From: a virus | Direction: 5' to 3' (one strand) | Length of the DNA: 64,000 nucleotides | IMG/VR virus record: IMGVR_UViG_3300035210_000189 | Span: 1 to 64,000 of that record | In this document: in pieces, positions 21,237-29,581 of the stretch | Layout of the letters: each line of letters opens with the position of its first letter | How positions within the stretch are numbered: the first letter of the stretch is position 1 | Translations under genes and position numbers: made by a program | Notes under the pieces: generated by a model | What the model was told of the DNA's origin: nothing | Database searches by the model: none | What the model saw: the letters and a program-made list of their open reading frames with translations, nothing else

Positions 21237-21375
21237 GAAAATTCTCCTTTGCATAATTAGACCACTATCCTATTAAATGTCAATAATGATGAAAATATTA
21301 AAATTTTAGTTTATTTTTTGTTATAAATATGGTATTCTATCAAAATATTTATTACTATTTTAAGAGGCGGTATTA

Positions 21376-22287
21376 ATGAGAATCATTCAACATAACAAAC
21401 TATATGTTCCGCAATCTTTTACACACCGTTTATCTGACAATTTAATCGCATTTGTTGATGAGAATAGTAAAAGATTTTCTTTTGATAATGCCAATGTCTA
21501 TCATTTAAATAATAATAACTTAGTAGAATATAAAGATATTATTACATCAAGCATTAAGGCTAAATTAATAAAAAATCACAGAAGCACTGGATCGGATATG
21601 ATGAAGGATATCATTAAGGCGGTAAATGATTACTATGAGAATCTTCAAAATAAACTACCAACATCTATGATTGTTTTTGAACATGTTTATTCATCGTTAA
21701 CTGAAACGTCTATGTTATTTTTCAAAGAGCATCATGATATGTTGCTTATTGATACCACTACGTCTACTTTGGAGTTTGCTATAACTAAAAATATGTTTAG
21801 TTACCTTCCTCTTAATGATAATTATGTTGCGAGAGCTGTTACACAATCAGTTGGTTATGAAAGCTCCAGTACCAAAGGAGTTTTTCCTTTTACTACTTTT
21901 TTACTTCCTTTTAATGAAAATTCTTTTAAAATTGACTTTGAAAAATCTCAAACTAAAAGTCTTGAGTTACAAGTTAGAATACTTCAAGCAGGACAAGATA
22001 AGTTTGAAAATCTTAATATTTCAGATGATAAAATTTTAAATACTAGCCTCAAGAACATTGATATTGTTAATACTCGGTTACTTCATAATAACATTATTAT
22101 TTTTAATGAATATGCTCTTTCTGATTATAATGTTCGTGACCTTATTTCGTCATATTTGATGCCTTTCATTGATGATTTAAACTCTAAATATGAAATCATT
22201 GATGAAATTCCCGTGGCACTTACAAAAGAATATTATGACCATTTTAAAGCCAATATTAAGCCCGTTATTGACATGGCAATCTGCTAA
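21376..22287 (+). CDS. Hypothetical protein with variant C-terminal tag
   Basis: Ends PVIDMAIC. Confidence 0.75.
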   Translation: MRIIQHNKLYVPQSFTHRLSDNLIAFVDENSKRFSFDNANVYHLNNNNLVEYKDIITSSIKAKLIKNHRSTGSDMMKDIIKAVNDYYENLQNKLPTSMIVFEHVYSSLTETSMLFFKEHHDMLLIDTTTSTLEFAITKNMFSYLPLNDNYVARAVTQSVGYESSSTKGVFPFTTFLLPFNENSFKIDFEKSQTKSLELQVRILQAGQDKFENLNISDDKILNTSLKNIDIVNTRLLHNNIIIFNEYALSDYNVRDLISSYLMPFIDDLNSKYEIIDEIPVALTKEYYDHFKANIKPVIDMAIC

Positions 22288-22359
22288 TAAGTTAATGACA
22301 ACAACATCAATTTTGTGATATACTTTGCTAATATTATGACCATTTAAGAGGATTTAATA

Positions 22360-22920
22360 ATGATTACGAAAGACATGTCTGTTCTTGAAGCAGTGACAGT
22401 TGTCAATAATTATGTAGAAAAAGCCGAAGAATTTTATTTGACATACCATGAGGCTGTTCGCTCACTTCGTAAAGCTGCAGTGTTCATTCGCAATGGTGAT
22501 ACTAAACAGCTTGTGCTGAAAGAAATTAAAGCTTATGAGAATGACGATCATGAATTTGTCCGTCGATATCAACCGTTGGTATTTTCATTTATCTATTACA
22601 TCTTCAACCATCCAGAGAAAGAATCGCTTTTTGTTAGCGAAATTGTTCCTAAATCGGATGATGATTTCTACAATTACAAGTTTTCTGGTCATTTGGGTGG
22701 TCCCTTGGCACGTTTGCTTGAACTTGAAAAAGAAGAGATTGAATTTAATCTCGGTGGTTTCTATGAAGATATGCCAACTGAAAACCTAATCAATGGTAAT
22801 ATGACGCCATCAGAATTCATTAAAGCGATCAGAAAATATGTGGAAGACGAACAGACTTTCAATTTTGATACGATTGCAAAAAATCATAAAGATGTTGTCG
22901 ATTCCTACGAAAATAAATGA
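22360..22920 (+). CDS. Hypothetical protein
   Basis: GAGGA RBS; 186-aa ORF. Confidence 0.75.
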   Translation: MITKDMSVLEAVTVVNNYVEKAEEFYLTYHEAVRSLRKAAVFIRNGDTKQLVLKEIKAYENDDHEFVRRYQPLVFSFIYYIFNHPEKESLFVSEIVPKSDDDFYNYKFSGHLGGPLARLLELEKEEIEFNLGGFYEDMPTENLINGNMTPSEFIKAIRKYVEDEQTFNFDTIAKNHKDVVDSYENK

Positions 22921-22939
22921 TTTTTTGATGAAAAAGGTG

Positions 22940-22968
22940 TTGCCAAAAACCATGAATTGTCGTATAAT
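22940..22968 (+). promoter_or_regulatory. Sigma70 promoter of the ncRNA-tRNA unit
   Basis: TTGCCA-17 nt-TATAAT; predicted start ~22975 coincides with the 5' strand of the terminal stem. Confidence 0.8.
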
Positions 22969-22974
22969 GGCCTC

Positions 22975-23330
22975 GTTGTAAAGCAATAAGGTAATCTTGG
23001 AAAGTGGGCTTAAAAGCAGCCATCTTTTAATGAGTAGAGCGGTTGCCACAGGTGTTTGGGATACAGTGATGGTAAGCATCGGGTTCAAGTAATTTAGCAG
23101 TTATTTGAAGGTATCGGTGACAAGTGAGCCACGGTTTGTCGAAATTGAATCCACATTAAAGTAGATTTTGCAGATCAAAACGTCTCAGCCAAAAACGCCC
23201 AGTTCTTGCAATAATGTAAGAATTTGCCGTGGTTGTGGTCTTGGTACAGTAATGAGACACCCCAGAAATGGTAAGGTCGAGTTCTCTTTTGGCGTAATAG
23301 CACACCATGATTATGATTGTTTTTTGCAAC
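22975..23330 (+). ncRNA. Structured ncRNA containing a split 23S rRNA H43-H44 (L11-binding) mimic
   Basis: GTGGGCTTAAAAGCAGCCATCTTTTAA and GGCGTAATAGCACAC match the two halves of E. coli 23S ~1055-1104; closed by GTAATCTTGG/CCATGATTAT and by the terminal stem GTTGTAAAGCAAT/ATTGTTTTTTGCAAC; nested internal helices. Confidence 0.8.
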
Positions 23331-23334
23331 AAAT

Positions 23335-23403
23335 CTGCCGCTAAGGCTGACCTTGGCCCTCTAAAAGCTAAAGGGAACGGTTCGACTCCGTTGCGGTGGA
23401 CCA
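23335..23403 (+). tRNA. Atypical short-D-arm tRNA with CUA (amber) anticodon and G3:U70 alanine identity
   Basis: Acceptor CTGCCGC/GCGGTGG, A73, CCA; T-arm AACGG-TTCGACT-CCGTT; anticodon loop CTCTAAA; D-arm AGG-CTGA-CCT; 69 nt. Confidence 0.75.
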
Positions 23404-23412
23404 ATTTAAGAT

Positions 23413-23448
23413 AATGCCAACTCATAGTGATGTGATGTTGGCATTTTT
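23413..23448 (+). terminator. Intrinsic terminator of the ncRNA-tRNA unit
   Basis: AATGCCAAC...GTTGGCATT followed by a T run. Confidence 0.7.
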
Positions 23449-23477
23449 ATTGTTTTTATTTTATTTATATGATATAA

Positions 23478-24161
23478 TTGTCCAAATTTTTGGAGATCTA
23501 TTCAATGCCTAGTCCAGATAGAATTGCTCAGGTAACTGTAGTGGCTAATATGAGCCAGCTTGATAAAATTGAGCGGTTGACGACTACAATTAAAAAATTC
23601 TATGATATTGATGTGTCGGATGTAAAATTGGTTAAGAATCAAACAACCCATTACACTGCTAATACGTCACTTGGCCGTGCTCGCATCTATGTCTATTCAC
23701 AATGTATTGATATTAAATTCACTTCAACCGTTGCTTTTGATGGTCAACAACTTACCTTAAAAAAATCAACGAGTGTCATTCAATCTATTTTTGATGACAT
23801 CAATAAACGAACAGTTATTTTTCATGCAGTAAAATTAAAAAATGGACAGAATAAAGACCTTCATTTTTATGAGAATACAAAGTTTAGTATCAAAATAGTA
23901 GTGAGATTTCTTGCCACTAATCCACAACTGTATTTTAAAGCAACACCCTATTCGAAATATTCTTTCTTTAACTACATGAATGAAACTGCTCGTTCTGGTT
24001 ATAATAAAACGCTTGAATTGTATTATCTGAAAGATGAATTTGATTCCATCACGGGTGTTGACCAAGCTTTTTCATTTATAAAAGATTATTTTAAAGGCCG
24101 AAACCTTACATTAGAGGATGCAAAACGTTTAGGTGACTTACATGACATGGTTAAAATATGA
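23478..24161 (+). CDS. M-x-x-I C-terminal tag family protein, subfamily 2
   Basis: Ends KRLGDLHDMVKI; start uncertain. Confidence 0.75.
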   Translation: MSKFLEIYSMPSPDRIAQVTVVANMSQLDKIERLTTTIKKFYDIDVSDVKLVKNQTTHYTANTSLGRARIYVYSQCIDIKFTSTVAFDGQQLTLKKSTSVIQSIFDDINKRTVIFHAVKLKNGQNKDLHFYENTKFSIKIVVRFLATNPQLYFKATPYSKYSFFNYMNETARSGYNKTLELYYLKDEFDSITGVDQAFSFIKDYFKGRNLTLEDAKRLGDLHDMVKI

Positions 24162-24805
24162 ACGGCTACCACGAACCTGATCCCATCCATCTTGCCAGTA
24201 TTGAAACTGCACGGAAAATTCTGTTCACTAAATTTGGCATTGATTTTACTAATGTGACTCGTGAAAGCCACGGCGACTATGTGGCTTCTGGTGCATATTC
24301 TGTTGATATTTATGCTCTAAATCATACGGATCTCTACATTGGCTTTAAAACTTTAATCCATCTTGAAAATGGCCTTTTAGTTTCGAAACTCAACGATCCA
24401 ATGATAAATGACTTTGTAAAAGACATGAACTCTTTCTTTTATATTTTCGACGCCTTACGTTTTACAACATGGGATCAAGACGTATTCTATCCTATTTTAG
24501 ACAATATCAGACCTTCTATTATTTTCAAATATAATATTGAGTGTGATGATATGATGATTCATATTGATTTACACCCCACTATTGAATCAGAAGAGTCTAT
24601 TTACATCACAACAAAAGATATCATTATTCAACATGGTTATGAACCGGCTGGTTTTAAAGCCATCTATCATTTAAATGGTTCGCACTATCTCAGTGATTTG
24701 TTGACTTACAAAACTAGACTTTTAAAAGTTTGGAATATTGATGAAAATAGTAGTGATATTGACTATAAACGTCTTGGTGTTTTAACTGACATGATTACAA
24801 TTTGA
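24158..24805 (+). CDS. M-x-x-I C-terminal tag family protein, subfamily 2
   Basis: Ends DYKRLGVLTDMITI; paralog of 24817. Confidence 0.8.
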   Translation: MNGYHEPDPIHLASIETARKILFTKFGIDFTNVTRESHGDYVASGAYSVDIYALNHTDLYIGFKTLIHLENGLLVSKLNDPMINDFVKDMNSFFYIFDALRFTTWDQDVFYPILDNIRPSIIFKYNIECDDMMIHIDLHPTIESEESIYITTKDIIIQHGYEPAGFKAIYHLNGSHYLSDLLTYKTRLLKVWNIDENSSDIDYKRLGVLTDMITI

Positions 24806-24816
24806 GTATGAATTAG

Positions 24817-25464
24817 ATGAATACTATTGAAAATAAAAAACCAATAATTGAACATATTAAAGATGGTAATTCATTAATTTTTGATTATCTTGGTATTTCC
24901 ATCACTGATATTAGACCAAATGGCACTTCTCAATATATTGCTGATTGTGATTATGGCGATATTGTGACTATATGGGCTTCTATTTTAGGTGATATTTGGT
25001 TTACTTTTGATAATGTACTTCAACTTAGTAACGAAACATTAACTACACAGACTAGTTCACCACTTATTCAAGTTATTTTGAAAAATATCAATGATTCTCT
25101 CTATGTTTTAGATGGTTTGCGACTAACAAATGATAATATATTGTATTTTACTGTTTTGTCTAAACTGTCACCTAACCTTGTTGTTAGGTATAGTCAAAAA
25201 ACTAAGCATACATCTGTTGAGATTAGATTCCAGATTACTGAACAGGCTATTAACTCATATCATTTCACAACAAAGCAAACAAGCATTCAACATGTCAATG
25301 AATGTGAAGGTTTCACATTTGTTTACTCTATTTCTGGTGATTTATTGAAAAATGACCTTGAAAAATATTGTTCACGAATGCTTGATGTTTGGGAAATTAC
25401 TGAAGATAAAAAAAATGTTGATTATAAAAAATTAGGTATCTTGTCTGACATGCTTACTATTTGA
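24817..25464 (+). CDS. M-x-x-I C-terminal tag family protein, subfamily 2
   Basis: Ends DYKKLGILSDMLTI. Confidence 0.8.
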   Translation: MNTIENKKPIIEHIKDGNSLIFDYLGISITDIRPNGTSQYIADCDYGDIVTIWASILGDIWFTFDNVLQLSNETLTTQTSSPLIQVILKNINDSLYVLDGLRLTNDNILYFTVLSKLSPNLVVRYSQKTKHTSVEIRFQITEQAINSYHFTTKQTSIQHVNECEGFTFVYSISGDLLKNDLEKYCSRMLDVWEITEDKKNVDYKKLGILSDMLTI

Positions 25465-25519
25465 TTGATTGTTTTGATATTTTCTGTTAGACTTATGCAC
25501 CTTATTGGAGATATTTGAT

Positions 25520-25669
25520 ATGAAAAAATCACTGTTAGTTCTTGGCCTTATCTTTGGTGTGACTCAAGTACAGGCTTCTGAACGTATCGTTTTGGATATT
25601 TTTATTCCCTTAACTGTCTGTACTCCGGTTCTCAAGCCCGCACCACAATTGAAAAAATGTGAGATCTAA
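25520..25669 (+). CDS. 49-aa secreted peptide (not in ORF track)
   Basis: GGAG RBS; MKKSLLVLGLIFGVTQVQA signal peptide plus a 30-aa mature part with two Cys; stop abuts the next ATG. Confidence 0.6.
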   Translation: MKKSLLVLGLIFGVTQVQASERIVLDIFIPLTVCTPVLKPAPQLKKCEI

Positions 25670-26161
25670 ATGCATAGTTACATTTCATTCAAAGAACTTC
25701 TAGAACAACCTATTCAGGCTATCGTTTCAGGCGATTATGAAGTTGAAGACTATTTGTCTATTCAAATCGGTGAGCTGGTTGATTTCCCAATGGATTTTAA
25801 AAACAATGAAACCATCAAAATTCATATTTTTGAAGACTTTTGTTATGATGGCCGTCGAGTATGGCAACTTTTTTATGTTACGTTTAAAAATAAAATTGTT
25901 ATGGCTTGTTATGCCGCTGGTCGAGAAGGACAAGACAGCTATGCATCCAGAGTATTTGACTTACAAGCTTTGTCTGAGATGGTTATGTTTATTGCCGAAC
26001 AGCGTGATTTTTATGATATTGAAACGTTAAAAAATGATGAATTGAATAAAATTAGAAAAAAAGTTGCCGCCATTGATCGAGCTACTGAGTTTGATGACAG
26101 TGCGAATGATTTTATCAATTTTTATAGCAATAAATTCAATGATGTCTTTAGTAATTGGTAG
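25670..26161 (+). CDS. Hypothetical protein
   Basis: 163-aa ORF; DGRR.W and AGREG.D motifs. Confidence 0.75.
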   Translation: MHSYISFKELLEQPIQAIVSGDYEVEDYLSIQIGELVDFPMDFKNNETIKIHIFEDFCYDGRRVWQLFYVTFKNKIVMACYAAGREGQDSYASRVFDLQALSEMVMFIAEQRDFYDIETLKNDELNKIRKKVAAIDRATEFDDSANDFINFYSNKFNDVFSNW

Positions 26162-26205
26162 CCTTGTGATATAATACAGGCCACACATGAGAGTAGAGGC
26201 TTATC

Positions 26206-26730
26206 ATGACTTTATCAATACGCAAAGAATACGAAACCTTGGGGGTTGATACCTATTACAGCGATCATGCTGAAACGTATCATAATCCGCATGCTGTCTT
26301 CGCTTTGAACTGTCTTGACCAACTTTGGCAAAAAGACTTTAAAAGCGTGCTTGATTTTGCTTGTGGTGATGGCCTTGTCTCCAAACACCTTGTTAAAACT
26401 CAATCCGTAGATAGCATTGTTGGGTGTGACAAATTCATGTTTTCCCGTTATATAAAAGAAACCCATAATGAGTGCTTCCAATATTCTTTCGAGGATATTG
26501 CTAATGGAAACTTTGAAATGCCCAAGGTTGATGTGATTGTTTTTAGCTATGCCATTGACCTTGTTGAATCGTCTTACTTGAATACTATGCTTTATGGGCT
26601 TTCAACGGTGGCAGATAATTTGATTGTTATTCGTCCTAATAACCATGTTGTAGAGCATTTTGCTTGGACATTAAGTAAATCTGTAAAAGTAGAAAAATCG
26701 CGTGGCATGTTGTATACAAAAACCATTTAA
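26206..26730 (+). CDS. Class I SAM-dependent methyltransferase
   Basis: Motif I VLDFACGDG, then IVGCD and DVIVFSYA. Confidence 0.8.
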   Translation: MTLSIRKEYETLGVDTYYSDHAETYHNPHAVFALNCLDQLWQKDFKSVLDFACGDGLVSKHLVKTQSVDSIVGCDKFMFSRYIKETHNECFQYSFEDIANGNFEMPKVDVIVFSYAIDLVESSYLNTMLYGLSTVADNLIVIRPNNHVVEHFAWTLSKSVKVEKSRGMLYTKTI

Positions 26731-26744
26731 CTAGGAGCTTTAAA

Positions 26745-27164
26745 ATGATGAAGAAAATTGTTGGTCTAATGCTAATGTCCTTGTGCTTAATGAGCTTTGG
26801 CACTTATGCTAATACTGCAGTTAGCACGGCTATTATCAATACAGTTGCCGCGTCAAGCATTATTGATGATCCTGAGACTGAACACGTAGATGAACCTGTT
26901 GTCTCGGTAAAGATTGAAGCAAAAGAAAAGTCATACAATGTAGAACCAGCCGGTAGTTATATGTTGACTATTTGTAGTCGTGAACAATCACAGACAGCCC
27001 TTGCTTGGCAAACAGTTTGTGTAGCTGACAGGAACCGTTCATTCGTTTCTACTGTTTGTCCTATCATGTCTTATTTGCGTTATTGCCAGCCTGCTACTGC
27101 ACAGGAAGTCAAAGGACTGAAACCTTTGAAAGCGAACTACAATAACGTTTTTCTACGAGAATAA
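26745..27164 (+). CDS. Exported Cys-containing protein
   Basis: Signal peptide ending TYA; AGGAG RBS. Confidence 0.7.
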   Translation: MMKKIVGLMLMSLCLMSFGTYANTAVSTAIINTVAASSIIDDPETEHVDEPVVSVKIEAKEKSYNVEPAGSYMLTICSREQSQTALAWQTVCVADRNRSFVSTVCPIMSYLRYCQPATAQEVKGLKPLKANYNNVFLRE

Positions 27165-27175
27165 GGTATTTTATC

Positions 27176-27688
27176 ATGAATAAGACTCCATTAATGTATT
27201 CGATTACATTCACTCAACAGGGTGAAAAAACTATTAGTCATGATGATTTGAAACGAGTGACTAATCTGGTCATTACGCAATGGGCGGAAGAAGGTGAGCA
27301 GGGACGCAAAAATGCAAAACCAGAACAGTTCAACAATCCTTGGAATTATGTTGACCTTAATCGTCCTGTGATAGCTGACAGAATGTTACGTTATGACAGT
27401 ATGGTGGTTGGTGATGATTTGGTCATTGAATTCAACTTGAATGATGTTCTTGATAATCCTTTTAATATTAAGGCTGATTATTGGGAAGATAAGTATCTTC
27501 AAAATTACAACGATGATGAAAAAATGTTTCATCCGCTTGTTGATGGATTTTTCAATAATTTTGGTGGTCAACTGACCTTTGCTTTCTTCAAAGAAATGTC
27601 GGCCAGCAAAGATTTTAAAGATGTGCCTGTTTTAAAAAATAAATTGTTCAACAAAAGAGCTGCTAATCAATTAAAAGGTTCTAAATGA
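27176..27688 (+). CDS. Hypothetical protein
   Basis: TAAGGT RBS; in operon. Confidence 0.75.
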   Translation: MNKTPLMYSITFTQQGEKTISHDDLKRVTNLVITQWAEEGEQGRKNAKPEQFNNPWNYVDLNRPVIADRMLRYDSMVVGDDLVIEFNLNDVLDNPFNIKADYWEDKYLQNYNDDEKMFHPLVDGFFNNFGGQLTFAFFKEMSASKDFKDVPVLKNKLFNKRAANQLKGSK

Positions 27689-27697
27689 TGAATAAAG

Positions 27698-28330
27698 GTG
27701 AATGACATGACCACTGAAAAAGAATACCCTTTGATTGAAAACCTTGAAAGGGTGAAATGCAAAAAGTTCGCAACATCAGAACAACGCCTTCACGCCATTA
27801 TTACTGTGCTTGATGAAGAAGAAGCATCTTCTCGTTGGGTAGAACGGGATTCTGCCGCAACTGTGCCAGTTGAAATGCGTCGTCAGTCTACTTATCGTTG
27901 GGATGTGGCAGGTTCCATATTCAAGGATGACGATATTCTGCACATGATGCGAGTTAAAAAATTGACCAATACAGCCACTCAAAGTCATTTGATGTGTGTG
28001 TCTTTATCAGAAATTTTCTACGATATGGCCGCAAACTTGCTTTACCTTTCTTATTCCAAGGACAGTGGAAGTCAGTTAACCGCAGAAGAAAATAATGAAA
28101 TCATCAAAACTATTTTTGGTGAGCAATTTGCTCGTTTGGATCAAGCTTTTCATGAATGGATTATTGAGCATGTTCCAAAAATGCTGGTTCCACATCCTGC
28201 ATGGGGCGATGTAGATCCTGTTAAATACCTTGAACAACAAACCCAGCATTATCGCACAACCTACGAAGGTGCCTTTTTTATGCCACACATTGAAGAAGCT
28301 ATTCAAAATGTGACAGGTAAGATGGATTAA
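27698..28330 (+). CDS. Hypothetical protein
   Basis: 210-aa ORF followed by a terminator at 28349-28372. Confidence 0.75.
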   Translation: MNDMTTEKEYPLIENLERVKCKKFATSEQRLHAIITVLDEEEASSRWVERDSAATVPVEMRRQSTYRWDVAGSIFKDDDILHMMRVKKLTNTATQSHLMCVSLSEIFYDMAANLLYLSYSKDSGSQLTAEENNEIIKTIFGEQFARLDQAFHEWIIEHVPKMLVPHPAWGDVDPVKYLEQQTQHYRTTYEGAFFMPHIEEAIQNVTGKMD

Positions 28331-28440
28331 AAACAACTTATAAGCTATAAAGCCTCTTGTGAGGCTTTTTTTATGAATTTTTTTTAACTTGATTTTTTCT
28401 GTAATAGTGATAGTCTTTTATTTACACTAATGGAGCCATC

Positions 28441-29022
28441 ATGTTCAATAAATTTATTAATTATATAAAATTAGACAAAACAACTATTCTTATACTTGTT
28501 GCTATCTTATCCTTCAAGTCTTTCGCTTATAATCCATCTTATGTCCCTACTGGCTCAATGATACCTACCATTGATGAGAAATCATTTATATTGGTTGATG
28601 TTCATAGCTATGGTCTGAAAATACCTTTTACTAAAATTGAAATTTTAAAAACAGGTCATCCAGAACGTGGTGATATTGCTGTGTTTAGAATGCCACTGGA
28701 TGAAAGCACCAATTATGTAAAACGTATTGTGGCAGTAGCGGGTGATACTGTTTACTTCAACGACCATTCATTTAAAATTAATGAAATGCCTACTGATATG
28801 CCTAATATGAAGAAAGCTGTTGTTCCAGTCGGTTACTATTTTGCCATTGGTGATAACATTAATCACTCTTATGATAGCCGTTTCTGGGGTTATGTTCCAG
28901 AGAGTAACTTGGTAGGGAAATACGTCACCACATTGCTCAGTTTGAATAAGATATTACCTAACTCAGATAAGCCTGCAGAACATGAAAAGCATGGCGAAGA
29001 AAAACTCAATTTGCAAAAATAA
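28441..29022 (+). CDS. lepB: Signal peptidase I (S26)
   Basis: VPTGSMIPT (catalytic Ser), PERGDIAVF, YVKRIVA (catalytic Lys), GDN..HSYDSRFWG. Confidence 0.93.
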   Translation: MFNKFINYIKLDKTTILILVAILSFKSFAYNPSYVPTGSMIPTIDEKSFILVDVHSYGLKIPFTKIEILKTGHPERGDIAVFRMPLDESTNYVKRIVAVAGDTVYFNDHSFKINEMPTDMPNMKKAVVPVGYYFAIGDNINHSYDSRFWGYVPESNLVGKYVTTLLSLNKILPNSDKPAEHEKHGEEKLNLQK

Positions 29023-29063
29023 TAAAACCTGCTATAATTGGCTCCAACAACGGAGCCTTTTTT

Positions 29064-29339
29064 ATGTCCAATAAAACTTTTATTGCATTTGTTAACTTGG
29101 TTGACAAATATGAAAAAACATTAAATGAACTCGATGATCCAGAACTCATGAAAACAGATAAGTTGTTTTCAATGACAATGGCTGACTTCAAAAAAGAATT
29201 TGTCAGTTACTGGTTACTGATTGAGCAGTATGCTCGACTTAAAGTGTTTGGCAATGAAGAAGAAATGCTAGCGACTTTGCATGAAATGCAAATCATTATT
29301 GATAAAAAGAACGAACCAGTGTCAGAATTTTTTCTTTGA
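29064..29339 (+). CDS. Hypothetical protein
   Basis: TTGCAA-17-TATAAT promoter; GGAG RBS. Confidence 0.7.
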   Translation: MSNKTFIAFVNLVDKYEKTLNELDDPELMKTDKLFSMTMADFKKEFVSYWLLIEQYARLKVFGNEEEMLATLHEMQIIIDKKNEPVSEFFL

Positions 29340-29384
29340 CATTTAATAGATTTCTCTTATCTTTAATGTAATAAGGAGATTTCT

Positions 29385-29516
29385 ATGAGCGATGACAAAA
29401 CCAAACCAATACCACCTATCAGGCCAGAAGGCCCACCTATTCGAAGAGTCGTCAATGAAAAAGTTATCAATAAAAAAGAAATTGATGACTGGAGTAATAG
29501 CCGTAAAAGTAAGTAG
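29385..29516 (+). CDS. 43-aa Pro-rich peptide (not in ORF track)
   Basis: TAAGGAG RBS; MSDDKTKPIPPIRPEGPPIRR...; TTGACA upstream. Confidence 0.5.
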   Translation: MSDDKTKPIPPIRPEGPPIRRVVNEKVINKKEIDDWSNSRKSK

Positions 29517-29581
29517 TCTTTGTAGACGAAACCCTTCATTCATGGTATAATAGCTCCATATTTCAAGCAGAGTGATTAACC

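Noticed and set aside
22991-23314. Fragment of a true 23S rRNA gene or an intron-containing rRNA
   Set aside because: Similarity is confined to about 50 nt of H43-H44; flanks are not rRNA-like, and the unit has its own promoter, terminal stem and terminator
23335-23403. tRNA-Pyl or tmRNA
   Set aside because: It shares the CUCUAAA loop and small D-loop with tRNA-Pyl, but has A73, a canonical UUCGA T-loop and no pyl genes in the window; it has a complete anticodon arm and no tag reading frame, unlike tmRNA
22810-23425. Minus-strand ORFs 22810..23088 and 23156..23425, and ORFs overlapping 52936-53314
   Set aside because: No RBS, atypical composition, and they overlap structured RNAs that explain the sequence better
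22265-25464. The D-M part of the C-terminal tag as a by-product of an overlapping TTGACA -35 box
   Set aside because: Other members encode K-M, R-M or E-M with different codons, and no correctly spaced -10 follows consistently
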